A DNA stretch of 64,000 bases from an uncultured virus (IMG/VR IMGVR_UViG_3300005934_000003). Taxonomy: Duplodnaviria; Heunggongvirae; Uroviricota; Caudoviricetes. A program made the translations under genes and the position numbers. The stretch is taken from the IMG/VR virus record IMGVR_UViG_3300005934_000003. One strand, given 5' to 3'. The notes below the pieces were generated by a model, which worked only from the letters and a program-made list of their open reading frames with translations, was not told the origin of the DNA and did no database searches. Of the stretch, positions 28,285 to 38,888 are shown piece after piece; position 1 is the first letter of the stretch, and each line of letters starts with the position of its first letter.

Positions 28285-29535
28285 ATGTTAAAAATAGTTG
28301 GCGATGTTATGTTAGATAAATGGATCTACGGTGATGCAACACGTATTAGTCCTGAAGCACCTGTACCAGTATTAAAACAAAATGGATTTGAAACATCTGC
28401 CGGGGGTGCCGCTAACTTGGCACTTAATTTAAAAAATTTATGTGATGATATTGCATTATATGGTGCAGTAGGATTTGATAAAGAAGGTGCAGAACTTTTA
28501 AGCATATTAAGTAAAACAGGTATAGACTGTTTTATTAATAAAGACGCTTCAGTAACAACAACAAAAACACGTTTAGTCGGACAAGGTGGACAACATATTT
28601 GTCGTTGGGATGTCGAAGACATATACAATAATAATTTAGAAAACTTTTTCTTTCAAGATATTAAACAAGACGATGTTGTTATATTAAGTGATTATAACAA
28701 AGGTGTAATTAATAGCAATCTTGTTAAAAATGTGTTGTCCAAAACAAATAAAGTTTATGTAGATCCAAAACAAAATCCTGAAACATATAAAGGTGTATTT
28801 TTAGTTAAACCTAATATGAAAGAATATGAACAATGGTTTGGTAAGTTTAATTCTAAAACAGCAAGTCTGCATTGTTATGAATATAATTGGCAATGGTTAA
28901 TCGTAACAGATGGTGCTAATGGTGTACACGTTACTAATATCAACGGTGATTATTACCATTATAAAGAAACAGCAAAAGAAGTTGCTGATGTTACAGGCGC
29001 CGGTGATACATTTTTAGCAGTATTAGTATATGCACACGAACATAAAAACATTAATATTCCTAATGCTTGTGAACTTGCTTGTTATGGTAGCACACGAATT
29101 GTAGAAAAGCGTGGTGTAGCACTAATCGACCACGATATGCTTAATAGAGGTATAGTATGGACCAATGGTGTATTTGATATATTGCATCCAGGTCATTTAG
29201 AATTATTAAAATATGCAAAAAATTTAGGTACAAAACTAGTTGTAGGTATCAATGATGACGAAAGTGTAAAAAGATTGAAAGGTCCAGATAGACCCATTAA
29301 CAATTTTACAACAAGAAAGCAACAATTAGAAACTTTACCTTGGGTTGACGAAGTTGTTGTGTTTGCTGAAGACACACCATTAGAAACTATTAAACAAATA
29401 AGACCTGATATTATTGTTAAGGGTGGAGATTATACTGTAGAAACAACAGTAGGTCACGAATTTGCAGAAGTTAAAATTTTTCCAACAGTTGAAGGACATT
29501 CAACAACAAATATTTTGAATAAATTAAAAAAATGA
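28285..29535 (+). CDS. hldE: Bifunctional heptose-7-phosphate kinase / heptose-1-phosphate adenylyltransferase
   Basis: VGDVMLD, RISPEAPVPV, GGAANLA, SDYNKG, VDPK, DVTGAGDT; then TNGVFDILHPGH, KGPDRPIN, KGGDY, GHSTT. Confidence 0.92.
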   Translation: MLKIVGDVMLDKWIYGDATRISPEAPVPVLKQNGFETSAGGAANLALNLKNLCDDIALYGAVGFDKEGAELLSILSKTGIDCFINKDASVTTTKTRLVGQGGQHICRWDVEDIYNNNLENFFFQDIKQDDVVILSDYNKGVINSNLVKNVLSKTNKVYVDPKQNPETYKGVFLVKPNMKEYEQWFGKFNSKTASLHCYEYNWQWLIVTDGANGVHVTNINGDYYHYKETAKEVADVTGAGDTFLAVLVYAHEHKNINIPNACELACYGSTRIVEKRGVALIDHDMLNRGIVWTNGVFDILHPGHLELLKYAKNLGTKLVVGINDDESVKRLKGPDRPINNFTTRKQQLETLPWVDEVVVFAEDTPLETIKQIRPDIIVKGGDYTVETTVGHEFAEVKIFPTVEGHSTTNILNKLKK

Positions 29536-30017
29536 TATTAGTAGATCACATAGACGATTATAAGTTTTACGAAAATTTATGGTATAAGTACCGCGATACT
29601 TCTACCAATGATTCAGAATTTAATACAATCGGTTTTGATATTGGAGAAAAAGGTAAAAAAGATGATTGGCATAAACTCCATATGGATAATGTTCAACAAA
29701 TTTTAATGAAGAATAATAAAATTATCTTTTTACAAGAACTGATTCACGCTTGGGGTGTTGAATACCAAGACGGTGGATACCAGACATTACATACACACGC
29801 TAATAATACAATCAATACAGTTTTATTTTTAGATAGTCAACCGGTTAGCGACCGTATGTCAACACTTAATGGTTTATTGTATACTGTTGATAATATGAAA
29901 TACCAACAGTTTGCACCCGAGCCTGGTAAGATTGTTATTTTTAGTTCGGATGTGTTTCACGGAGTATATCCAAGTAAAGCACCGAGAAGAAGTTTTATGG
30001 TAGATTATAGAGTATGA
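29532..30017 (+). CDS. Putative 2OG-Fe(II) oxygenase-like (double-stranded beta-helix) protein
   Basis: WGVEYQDGGYQTLHTH, PEPGKIVIFSSDVFHGVYP, RRS; ATGA overlaps at both ends. Confidence 0.6.
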   Translation: MILVDHIDDYKFYENLWYKYRDTSTNDSEFNTIGFDIGEKGKKDDWHKLHMDNVQQILMKNNKIIFLQELIHAWGVEYQDGGYQTLHTHANNTINTVLFLDSQPVSDRMSTLNGLLYTVDNMKYQQFAPEPGKIVIFSSDVFHGVYPSKAPRRSFMVDYRV

Positions 30018-30835
30018 GAATTTTAGTAACAGGTTATAAAGGTTTTATAGGACAAAATTTAGTAAACCACCTAATTAAAAAAGGTCACACTGTTGAAGGT
30101 TATGATTTTATTCAGTCAGTATTACCCGACCCAAGCGATTTTGATACGGTAATACACTTAGGAGCCATTTCAAGCACCACTGAAACAGACGTAGAAAAAA
30201 TACTAGATCAAAATTATGAATTTAGTATGCGTATGTTAACAATGTGCGATCATAAAGGTGTTAACTTTCAATATTCATCAAGTGCAAGTGTTTATGGTCC
30301 AGGTAATGACTTCAGTGAAAATGCAAAATGCTTACCGAAGTCACCTTATGCTTGGTCAAAATACCTATTTGATAGATTTGTAACACTTGCAGGTCCAAAA
30401 AATTTCAATTGTTTGGTACAAGGGTTTAGATATTTCAATGTATACGGTGATTTTGAAGAACATAAAGGTGATCAAGCAAGTCCAGTTAGTAAATTTAGCA
30501 AACAAGCAAAAGAAAATAAAGAAATTACACTATTTGAAAACAGCGATCAGTACAAAAGAGACTTTATATGGGTTGGCGATGTGTGTGATGTTCACGAAAA
30601 GTTTTTAACCATAGATCAAAGTGGTATTTTTAACGTTGGTACTGGTACTACTACCAGTTTTCAAGAGGTAGGTGAACTTGTTGCTGAAAAATACGGTGCA
30701 AAAATCAAGTATATACCAATGCCTACCAATTTGAAAGGACAATATCAGGAATACACCTGTGCAGACTTGACACAATTAAATAAATTTGTTAATATAAATT
30801 ACAAAACAGTAAAAGAGTACTTACAAAATGGCTAG
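30014..30835 (+). CDS. hldD: ADP-L-glycero-D-manno-heptose 6-epimerase
   Basis: ILVTGYKGFIG, HLGAISSTTE, YSSSASVYG, YAWSK, FRYFNVYG..EEHKG, RDFIWVGDV, YQEYTCAD. Confidence 0.88.
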   Translation: MRILVTGYKGFIGQNLVNHLIKKGHTVEGYDFIQSVLPDPSDFDTVIHLGAISSTTETDVEKILDQNYEFSMRMLTMCDHKGVNFQYSSSASVYGPGNDFSENAKCLPKSPYAWSKYLFDRFVTLAGPKNFNCLVQGFRYFNVYGDFEEHKGDQASPVSKFSKQAKENKEITLFENSDQYKRDFIWVGDVCDVHEKFLTIDQSGIFNVGTGTTTSFQEVGELVAEKYGAKIKYIPMPTNLKGQYQEYTCADLTQLNKFVNINYKTVKEYLQNG

Positions 30836-31253
30836 ACACAGTGGAAAAGTTGAAAAAGGTTGGGGATACGAATTAATTTGGGCAACCAACGACAAGTATG
30901 CTGGTAAAATTCTTGTTTTTACCAAAAAAGGCAATAAATTTTCAATGCATTTTCATAAAGAGAAGGACGAAACTTGGTTTATTAACAGTGGTAAGTTTCT
31001 TTTGCGTTGGATTGACACCAAAGAAGCAAAATTATACCAACAAGAACTCAAAGAAGGTGATGTTTGGCACAATCCGCCACTACAACCACATCAACTTGAA
31101 GCACTTGAAGACAACAGTTCATTAACTGAAGTAAGTACAGCAGATTCTGTGGAAGATAATTTTAGAATTGTTCCTGGTGATTCACAAAAACCTATTGTAA
31201 CCCCAGAAAAACTAGGCAGTTCTATGCCTGCGCCTCACCCCAACGAAGAATAA
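30828..31253 (+). CDS. Cupin (sugar isomerase-like)
   Basis: VEKGWGYELIW, FSMHFHKEKDETW, PHQL, EVST..SVEDNFR. Confidence 0.7.
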   Translation: MARHSGKVEKGWGYELIWATNDKYAGKILVFTKKGNKFSMHFHKEKDETWFINSGKFLLRWIDTKEAKLYQQELKEGDVWHNPPLQPHQLEALEDNSSLTEVSTADSVEDNFRIVPGDSQKPIVTPEKLGSSMPAPHPNEE

Positions 31254-34200
31254 TATTAGCGTTAACATCATTACCTGATGTCTTATACACGTTAATTGCT
31301 AACACGTCCGGACCGTTCGGGAACGTACCTCTACCACCCAGTGTGGTGTTGGTTAATTCTTTAATAAATGATAGATCCAGCGTAGATCTTTCTCCCGGGT
31401 TTGCAATAAACGAGAAGATAGTTTCGCCTGGTTGAGCAAACGGTGGTTGTCCAAATTGGAACGTAACCGTTGAACTTGCATTAATTGTTACCAAGGAGTT
31501 CTGAGAGAATCTAACCAAGTAATATTGACTGGATCCAAAGTTTAATGGACCTTGAACTTGTGATACCGCAGTACCCGGTGGAAACTGTCCAGAAGCATTA
31601 TCAAGTTCTGTACCTGCTGTGGCACCTAATGCCTCCCAAGAAGTTGTATCAAAATACAAGTAGTTTGTGTTAGATAATGAACCACCTAGTGCAAACGTAT
31701 GTGTTTGATTTGATCCTATGTTTTGAGTTGATGTTTGTGATAATCTAACCAAGTAATAATCGCCGTAATCTGTTAATTGTGTTACATAAGTACCACCAGG
31801 CCATTTAGAATCCGATAATACACTACCTTGTGTTATGTAAGATGATTCAACCGAAGCCTCTGTTGCATAAAAATAGTTTCTTCTGCCGCCCCACATCCAA
31901 GGTGTGGTTGTTACAGTTGCATTCATTACAGCAGACGTTGTTGCTGTTGCTGTTGTAATCGATGTACCTGAGTTCCAGTCTACCGAACCGCCCGGTGCCA
32001 CCTGTGCAAAACTTGGTTGGCCCCCTTGTGCTAGTCCTGATAATCCACCCCAACCTACGTTATTTGGGTTAAGTGGATAGTTTTGTGGATTCAAAATACC
32101 TTGAACAACGATACCACCTGTATCATTAGCATTTTGATCCGAAGTAATCTCAAGACCTTCTAGTAGCAACTGTGCTCTGTTTAATAATTCTCTTTCACCT
32201 AGGTCACCAACAATAGCGTTGGATACTGACGGTGCTAGTCTTAATAGGAACACCGTGTTTTTAGTTGTTGAAATTGTGTTACCAGTTGAAGCGTAACTAA
32301 ACAAATAACCACGATCAGAGTCGAAACCACCATCTGTAATAAACGCAGAACCCCAGTGACTAATAATCGGCGTTGTTGTATTACTAATAAGCACAACACC
32401 TTTCTTGGCTGAGTGTACTACTGGCGGACTTGCTGTGTAAGTTCTTGTTGCACCAGCATTAAAATTAATTAAACTAGCGGACCTTGTACAACCTGTTAAG
32501 GTATTTCCTGACTTACCTGTATAGGTTACAATTTCATTTTCAATATACAATGTACCCGCATCTGGAAAATCGGTTGCATCTTCCAACACAACTGTTTGCT
32601 GTGATAAATCCATCGCTTCCTTAAGTTTACCGTTGGCACTTTCGTTTGTAATTTCATAACGAACCGGCATATTACCAGTTCTCATAAACGCTTCTGTGTT
32701 TACGTTTGAGTTTCTAATTCTGTGGAAGAACACAAAGTTACCATCGGAACCTCTAAGCATATAATCAATAAATCCAGCACCATACCAACTGTACTGAATA
32801 CCAATCATCTGCATTTTAGATATGTCCATATCATAACCACTTGGTCCTGTTCCATCTAACTTATCTAAATTAAAATCACTTTGTTTGGTTTTTTTGTCAA
32901 TAACCTTGGCTAGTTTTGCACCAGCAATAGGTCTAACACCTCTAAAGTCTGGTGATACATCCATTGATGTTTGACTTGTTATTCTAGTTACAACGTGTGT
33001 CATACCTCTAATAACAACTCTGTCACCGACCGCTAATTGATCTTCAAATCTTGTGTTTGTTCCTGTAACAGAGTTACTGTCAGGTTGCATAGCAATGGTA
33101 CCAGTTAACTGGAATGTAGCACTACGTAGCACTGCCATAAAATCTCTACCGTTGTATTCCATAAAGATACCGTTTTGATCATCGTATGCACCTGCTCTAA
33201 CAGTTGCACCGTGCCAGTTTAATGTTGATACTAACGGGTTTGCTGATAAGGTTGGTGTTGTATTGCCTAGATAATATTTGGATCTAACAGTAAATGTTCT
33301 TTCATCAACAATAGTGTCAACAGTATAATCACCGTTATAACCTGGTGTAGTAATTCCTAGTAATCTAATTACACCGCCAACCTGTAAACCGTGATCAACG
33401 TCATCAGTAACAACGGTAATAACACTGTTATACCCTGTGCCATTAGCGGTAACATTTAAAATATCATAACTTGGGGCAAATAGAGCACCAGTGGTATACA
33501 TAATACCTTTACCTGATTGATAACGAATATATTTTTTACTTTGTCTAATCGCCTGTGCACCGTGTTGCGGTCCACCTGTACCCAACTGCACACCACCATC
33601 AAATGGTCTGTGAATAAAGAATGAGTCCGGTCTTGGATAAATTGTACCTAACAGTGTTTCTGTTGTATCAATTGTACCTACCGCTCTTGCTTGATATGAA
33701 ATACTATCTAATGAACTAATAGCAGTAACAATAAACGAACCTGCCGCTAGGGTGTGATTAGTTCCTGTTGATTGAATTGTTGAAATAAATGTTGTTCCTG
33801 GAACCATACCGTGTGCTGAAGGAAAATTAACAGTAATAGTTGCTAATGCTTCATAGTCAATTGTTTCTCCTGCAGGAATTGGTTGTGTTGTGTTTTCTGA
33901 CATAGTAACAGTTGAGTAGAAAGTAATTGTATCACCAGTTGCGGCTAAACCTTGATCAATTTGGAAAGTATTAATACCACCTAAACTGTCAACAGTGTTA
34001 ATTCGTAATTCTAAATCATTGAGAGGTGTCTCACCACCTAAATCGGTACCACTGATAATAATTCTGTCACCGTTTCTATAATTGTTACCTTCTGTGTTAA
34101 CAGCAACAGTGTAAATTTGACTGTTTCTTGTAATTTCAAATGATCCACCGGAACCAATTGGAGCATTATTATTGCCTGAAACTCCAACAAATGTTCCAAA

Positions 34201-37200
34201 TCCTGTGTATGCCGAACCCGCAATACTTAATGTTAAGATACCACCTTGTGCATCAACGCTGTTAACTGTAACCGTTGCATCGTTTGTTGGTGTTGCACCA
34301 CCTAATTGATCACCACCAATGGTAATGGTGTCATTCTGTGCATAATTTTGTCCACTATCAGCACCGCTGTTTGAAATTACAACAGAATAAGTTCCTGCGG
34401 ATGCAGTAACATCAAATAATGCACCGCTACCTACAAGATTTGTCATACCTTGTCCGTAACTTAAATCTTCATAGTTTTGTACGTTAGCACCTGTACCAAC
34501 ATCAGAATATGTTAAAATTTGACCGTTACCGTCAACTGTGTTTACCGTAATTGTAACGTCGTTTGCAGGACTTGTACCATCTAGTTGATCACCCGGAATA
34601 ATAATTATATCACTTGCTGAATAACCAGTACCACCACTAGCCATTGTTACAGTATAAACCGTTCCTGTTTTTTGTACGTCAAAACTTGCTAGTGTACCGC
34701 CACCGGTATATGTATATGTAAATCCTGTATATGTAAAGTTAGCATCTGTGGCTGTACCAGAAGCACTAACACTTGTAATTTCTCCACTTGCACCAACTGT
34801 TGATACTTGAACTAAACAGTCGTTTGTTGGTGTTGAACCACCTAGTAGTGTTCCTGGAATGTTAATTCTATCACCTGCTTCATAACCTTGTGATGTATCC
34901 GGTGAACTAACACTAACAGTATAAACACCTGCTGATTTATTAACATCAAACACAGCATCAATACCCACACCACCGTCTGTTACACCTCCTCTAGAAGTAT
35001 AACTGAAGTTACCGTTACTTGCAGTACCTGTGAAACTTACACTATCAATATCACCTGCTGAAGATAAAAGTGTATCAACTTTAATATCTAAATCGTTTGT
35101 TGTATTTTCGCCGCCGATTAAATTACCTGGAACTTTAATATAGTCACCTACTTTATATCCAGAACCTGGACTATTAACAGCAACAGTATATGTACCGTTT
35201 GAGTTTGTCACATCAAATGTTGCACTGGTACCATTTGGTTGTTCATTTGTTCCTTCAACAGCAAAATAGGTAACCCCGTCACCTGATAATTCTTGTCCAG
35301 TATTACCATCAAGATTAATTGTATTTCCTAAAACACTTGCAACATACAAAGTCTGTGCATCACCAATGTCCACAGCCATACCTTGTAACACTCCGGTAGC
35401 ATCATCTACTGTAATTGAAGAAGAGCCTGTTGGAATATCGCTTGTAATATCTTTTGTTATTTCAGGATTACCACCGTTACCAACAACACCCGTTACCTGT
35501 GCACCAGTTGGAATAAAACTTGGATTTGCTGTGTACGTTAATGGAGCACCTAGTTCTGGTCTAATACCTGTAAATGGTAATCTAGATTGTCCACTTGCTA
35601 CCGGTAATGGTAAAGTAAACGATCCGTTTGAACCATTTGATGAAACTGTAAATGTAGGTGCTTCAGAAATGTTAGCACCTGTGTAAAAACCACCTTGACG
35701 TAACTGTGTATAGTTTGTTGATAATACTTGCCCATTTGTACTACCAACCTTTGCTTTTGCATAAAAAGTAAATTGATTGTCTGCTGGAATTGTTGTAATG
35801 ACAAACGAACCTTCTGCTCTGTTAAATCCTTTAATACTATTTTCAAGTGCCTTAATTGTAATAGGATCACCTTCAACAAATCCGTGATTACCTTGGGTAG
35901 TTACTGTAATTAAACTTTGACCAACACCGTTTGTACCGGCTGACGCATCTGTAACAACACTAACAACTTCTGTATCAGTACCTGGTACTTCGTAAATCGA
36001 AGGATATCCTCTTAATGTTCCAATCGCCTGCCATTTGGTAGGTTGTAGACCGTACTCAAAGTCAGCATCAAGCATTGATAGTGGTGCACCAACCCTATTT
36101 CTTTCAATAGCGTCAGTACCAAAATCAAATGGTCTTGTTCTTATCTCTTTTTCTTCTTTAAAAATTTGTAAGGCGTCTGTTGCTCTTTGATCTGTTGTAT
36201 CGTGATACAACTTAATGGTTGTTACGTAATCACCGTTTTGTAAAAATGTTGGAAAATCTGTATCTTCATTTGAATTTAAATATGTTTGTTGAAAATTTCT
36301 AGAAGAAGTATCAACTTTTTTGAATTCAACTTCAGCAACTTTACTAGCATCATTGAAATTAAAAATTTGTAGACCTCTAGTAACGTTTGTAATTAAAAGT
36401 AAATCTTCTACCCTTACTCTTTCAGCAACTTTAATTTTACCATAACTGTTTTCAACAGTTGCCGGAAGTGCTGATAATCCATTAGTAATTGTATCAACAA
36501 CAATATCAAATAATCCTTCTACAATTTTAATTGCACTAGATTGAATTGCGTCTGTTGTTGCACTAACAAAAGTATGAGGTGACGTATCTGATGAAATACC
36601 TACATTGGTTGTTACCGTTGTAGAAGTAACAGCAGTGATTGTCATATTTTTGTTAAAATATGGATCGTGTCCTGTTGCATTAGGCACGCCTGATGATCTT
36701 GGATAAGGGTGCAAAGAAGCATTATTGTCTTTACCACAGGTAAAAGTTAAACCGGATTCAGCAACCCTAAATGTGTCACCAACTGCAAAATTGTGGCTAC
36801 CAATAGTTAATGTCATTACACCTGTTGCTGGATTATAAGTTGCATCACTTGGAGTATAACTTACTGCTTCTGGTGTAATAGTTTGATCAACAACCTGAGG
36901 AATAGCAGTTTGTGCCGGTTGTGCTTGTACTTGATTTAGTAAAATATAATTTGTATAAAGGGTTTTTAGGAATCCGTGTGTTAAAATTTCAGGCATTCTG
37001 TCGCCGTCGACCTGAGGTGTTTCTCCGTCCCAATAATGATTAGCAACATAAATTGTTTCTTCGTTACCACCGTATCTTACATCATTAGCAACAGCATCAA
37101 CAACATACCCAATATCACGCTGACATTTAGCAACATCGTATGTATATCCGTTCCAACTACCTTGACCTAGTTGTACTTGATCAGCAATCCAAGCCATTGC

Positions 37201-37317
37201 TTCTGCAATAATAAAAGATCTGTTTGCGTTTAATAATGTCCACGCATTAGGGTACAGATTTCCCAGGTACGACATACCTGGTTTAAACACATATTGATCA
37301 ATCTTTTTCTTTGCCAT
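31222..37317 (-). CDS. Giant virion structural/tail-fibre protein (2031 aa)
   Basis: Gly/Thr/Ser-rich and beta-rich; N-terminal phycobiliprotein-like helical domain; five tandem internal repeats; late promoter at 37346-37351. Confidence 0.7.
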   Translation of the reverse strand: MAKKKIDQYVFKPGMSYLGNLYPNAWTLLNANRSFIIAEAMAWIADQVQLGQGSWNGYTYDVAKCQRDIGYVVDAVANDVRYGGNEETIYVANHYWDGETPQVDGDRMPEILTHGFLKTLYTNYILLNQVQAQPAQTAIPQVVDQTITPEAVSYTPSDATYNPATGVMTLTIGSHNFAVGDTFRVAESGLTFTCGKDNNASLHPYPRSSGVPNATGHDPYFNKNMTITAVTSTTVTTNVGISSDTSPHTFVSATTDAIQSSAIKIVEGLFDIVVDTITNGLSALPATVENSYGKIKVAERVRVEDLLLITNVTRGLQIFNFNDASKVAEVEFKKVDTSSRNFQQTYLNSNEDTDFPTFLQNGDYVTTIKLYHDTTDQRATDALQIFKEEKEIRTRPFDFGTDAIERNRVGAPLSMLDADFEYGLQPTKWQAIGTLRGYPSIYEVPGTDTEVVSVVTDASAGTNGVGQSLITVTTQGNHGFVEGDPITIKALENSIKGFNRAEGSFVITTIPADNQFTFYAKAKVGSTNGQVLSTNYTQLRQGGFYTGANISEAPTFTVSSNGSNGSFTLPLPVASGQSRLPFTGIRPELGAPLTYTANPSFIPTGAQVTGVVGNGGNPEITKDITSDIPTGSSSITVDDATGVLQGMAVDIGDAQTLYVASVLGNTINLDGNTGQELSGDGVTYFAVEGTNEQPNGTSATFDVTNSNGTYTVAVNSPGSGYKVGDYIKVPGNLIGGENTTNDLDIKVDTLLSSAGDIDSVSFTGTASNGNFSYTSRGGVTDGGVGIDAVFDVNKSAGVYTVSVSSPDTSQGYEAGDRINIPGTLLGGSTPTNDCLVQVSTVGASGEITSVSASGTATDANFTYTGFTYTYTGGGTLASFDVQKTGTVYTVTMASGGTGYSASDIIIIPGDQLDGTSPANDVTITVNTVDGNGQILTYSDVGTGANVQNYEDLSYGQGMTNLVGSGALFDVTASAGTYSVVISNSGADSGQNYAQNDTITIGGDQLGGATPTNDATVTVNSVDAQGGILTLSIAGSAYTGFGTFVGVSGNNNAPIGSGGSFEITRNSQIYTVAVNTEGNNYRNGDRIIISGTDLGGETPLNDLELRINTVDSLGGINTFQIDQGLAATGDTITFYSTVTMSENTTQPIPAGETIDYEALATITVNFPSAHGMVPGTTFISTIQSTGTNHTLAAGSFIVTAISSLDSISYQARAVGTIDTTETLLGTIYPRPDSFFIHRPFDGGVQLGTGGPQHGAQAIRQSKKYIRYQSGKGIMYTTGALFAPSYDILNVTANGTGYNSVITVVTDDVDHGLQVGGVIRLLGITTPGYNGDYTVDTIVDERTFTVRSKYYLGNTTPTLSANPLVSTLNWHGATVRAGAYDDQNGIFMEYNGRDFMAVLRSATFQLTGTIAMQPDSNSVTGTNTRFEDQLAVGDRVVIRGMTHVVTRITSQTSMDVSPDFRGVRPIAGAKLAKVIDKKTKQSDFNLDKLDGTGPSGYDMDISKMQMIGIQYSWYGAGFIDYMLRGSDGNFVFFHRIRNSNVNTEAFMRTGNMPVRYEITNESANGKLKEAMDLSQQTVVLEDATDFPDAGTLYIENEIVTYTGKSGNTLTGCTRSASLINFNAGATRTYTASPPVVHSAKKGVVLISNTTTPIISHWGSAFITDGGFDSDRGYLFSYASTGNTISTTKNTVFLLRLAPSVSNAIVGDLGERELLNRAQLLLEGLEITSDQNANDTGGIVVQGILNPQNYPLNPNNVGWGGLSGLAQGGQPSFAQVAPGGSVDWNSGTSITTATATTSAVMNATVTTTPWMWGGRRNYFYATEASVESSYITQGSVLSDSKWPGGTYVTQLTDYGDYYLVRLSQTSTQNIGSNQTHTFALGGSLSNTNYLYFDTTSWEALGATAGTELDNASGQFPPGTAVSQVQGPLNFGSSQYYLVRFSQNSLVTINASSTVTFQFGQPPFAQPGETIFSFIANPGERSTLDLSFIKELTNTTLGGRGTFPNGPDVLAINVYKTSGNDVNANIILRWGEAQA
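33950..35240 (-). repeat. Five tandem ~80-90 aa repeats within the 2031-aa fibre (boundaries approximate)
   Basis: Repeating F(D/E)V..YTV....G.GY..GD.I.I.G..LGG.TP.ND..I.V.TV...G.I; one similar module also occurs near the N-terminus of 53019..59402. Confidence 0.8.
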
Positions 37318-37384
37318 TCTGTTCCAAATTCCTTACTGTTTACTATATTTACCAATACTATTATATAAGCGACACAAAACCGTT

Positions 37385-38431
37385 TTACACCCCAAACGCA
37401 ATACTATATGCCAGGGCATCGTTGTTAATAGCCTTGTTGATTTCTGTATCAACATAGTCTTTTCGTGTAGCGTGAGCGTTGTTTGTTGGGTTATTATTTA
37501 CAGTTGCGGTTGTAAATGTTCCAGCAACTGGTGTTGTTGCTCCAATAACAGTATTATCAATATTTGAATTAACAATATTTGCTGAAATACCTGTTGCAGA
37601 TATTGTTAATTTATTGTTTCCATCAACAGCAAATCTTAGTTGGCTTCCTGTTGTACTATCATCTGCTCCTACCTCAAAATCAATGCTTTCAACATATGAA
37701 ATTAATGGTGTATCTACTTTTGTTGTAGCAGTTAGTGTTGGTCCTTTGATAGTTCCGCCAACATTTAAATTTTTAGCAATACCTACACCACCTAGTGCTA
37801 ATGTTCCACCTGTGGAAGGTGTTGTACTTTGTGTTGTATTTTCTAATGTTAAAATACCAGAAACGTTTGCGTTAGCATTTACATCTAAATCGTCTCTAAG
37901 TTCTGATGCACCTGTTACTAATAAAGTTGTAAAAACACCTTCACCTGTAATAGTTGGTTCTGTTAATGTAATATCACCTCTAATTGAACCGGTAATATTT
38001 GAATAATAAACACCTGCGGCAGTATTTGAAGGAACAGTCCATTCCATTATTCCGTCTGCTCTGTTATGTGCGTCGGTACCTGTGTATACGGTTCCTGCTC
38101 TATCTGTAAACTTTATACCTGTGCTGATATCAACACCTAGAGCGGTTCTAATGCTCCAAGTAAATGCTCCTGTTAACGAAATATCAAACTTATATGTTTT
38201 TGTTTTTTGTAAGGTAATTGTAGGATTTTGTCCGTTGCTGTCGATTTCAAACGTGCCACCTGAGTCAGTTACCGTAAATGTTTGTATTTCTTCTGTTCCA
38301 GAATCACCTGCAATAGGTACTACACTGGTAATAGATTTTACTGAAATGTTACCTTCAGTATCCACACTAAATCCTGGCGAATCAAAGCCATACTTACTGT
38401 GAAAAGGGTTAGTTGTTATAATAGCCGCCAT
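37385..38431 (-). CDS. Virion fibre/adaptor protein
   Basis: Ligand-less cupredoxin-like segment, GGVGIAKNLNVGG fibre motif, HATRKDYVD, C-terminal ALAYSIAFGV. Confidence 0.6.
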   Translation of the reverse strand: MAAIITTNPFHSKYGFDSPGFSVDTEGNISVKSITSVVPIAGDSGTEEIQTFTVTDSGGTFEIDSNGQNPTITLQKTKTYKFDISLTGAFTWSIRTALGVDISTGIKFTDRAGTVYTGTDAHNRADGIMEWTVPSNTAAGVYYSNITGSIRGDITLTEPTITGEGVFTTLLVTGASELRDDLDVNANANVSGILTLENTTQSTTPSTGGTLALGGVGIAKNLNVGGTIKGPTLTATTKVDTPLISYVESIDFEVGADDSTTGSQLRFAVDGNNKLTISATGISANIVNSNIDNTVIGATTPVAGTFTTATVNNNPTNNAHATRKDYVDTEINKAINNDALAYSIAFGV

Positions 38432-38467
38432 TTGCCAAATACTCCGTTAGTAATATTTAGCACATCT

Positions 38468-38884
38468 TTACCCTCGTATAGGATTGATACTTTGGAAATA
38501 TGTGGCTTGAAAATATACTTTTGTACCTGTTAGTGCTGTACTATCATCCGCAGACGGTGTTACATTAATATCTACATATGAATTGTTAACTGTTGCTGAC
38601 AAAGTTACTAAACTTTGCCCTAGATCTGCCTTACCAAAAATGGTTAGATCTGCCTTTGATGGTCCTGCAACAACAATACATTTAATAAATTCTCTATTAT
38701 TAGGATCATAGTCTGCAACTATAGAATATTCCACAGACATAAAACTACCAATAAACCATCTATCTAGTCTGGTAGTAGTTCCACCAATTAGATAAACCCA
38801 CGGCCCAGCGTATGAAAACTGAGCACCGTTCTTCATTAATACGGTATTGTTGAGTCCTCGGTCAAAGTAATTTTGTATCTGCAT
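38468..38884 (-). CDS. Small beta-rich virion protein
   Basis: 138 aa, in the fibre region; TAAATA-N5-ATG promoter at 38890-38895. Confidence 0.5.
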   Translation of the reverse strand: MQIQNYFDRGLNNTVLMKNGAQFSYAGPWVYLIGGTTTRLDRWFIGSFMSVEYSIVADYDPNNREFIKCIVVAGPSKADLTIFGKADLGQSLVTLSATVNNSYVDINVTPSADDSTALTGTKVYFQATYFQSINPIRG

Positions 38885-38888
38885 ACTA

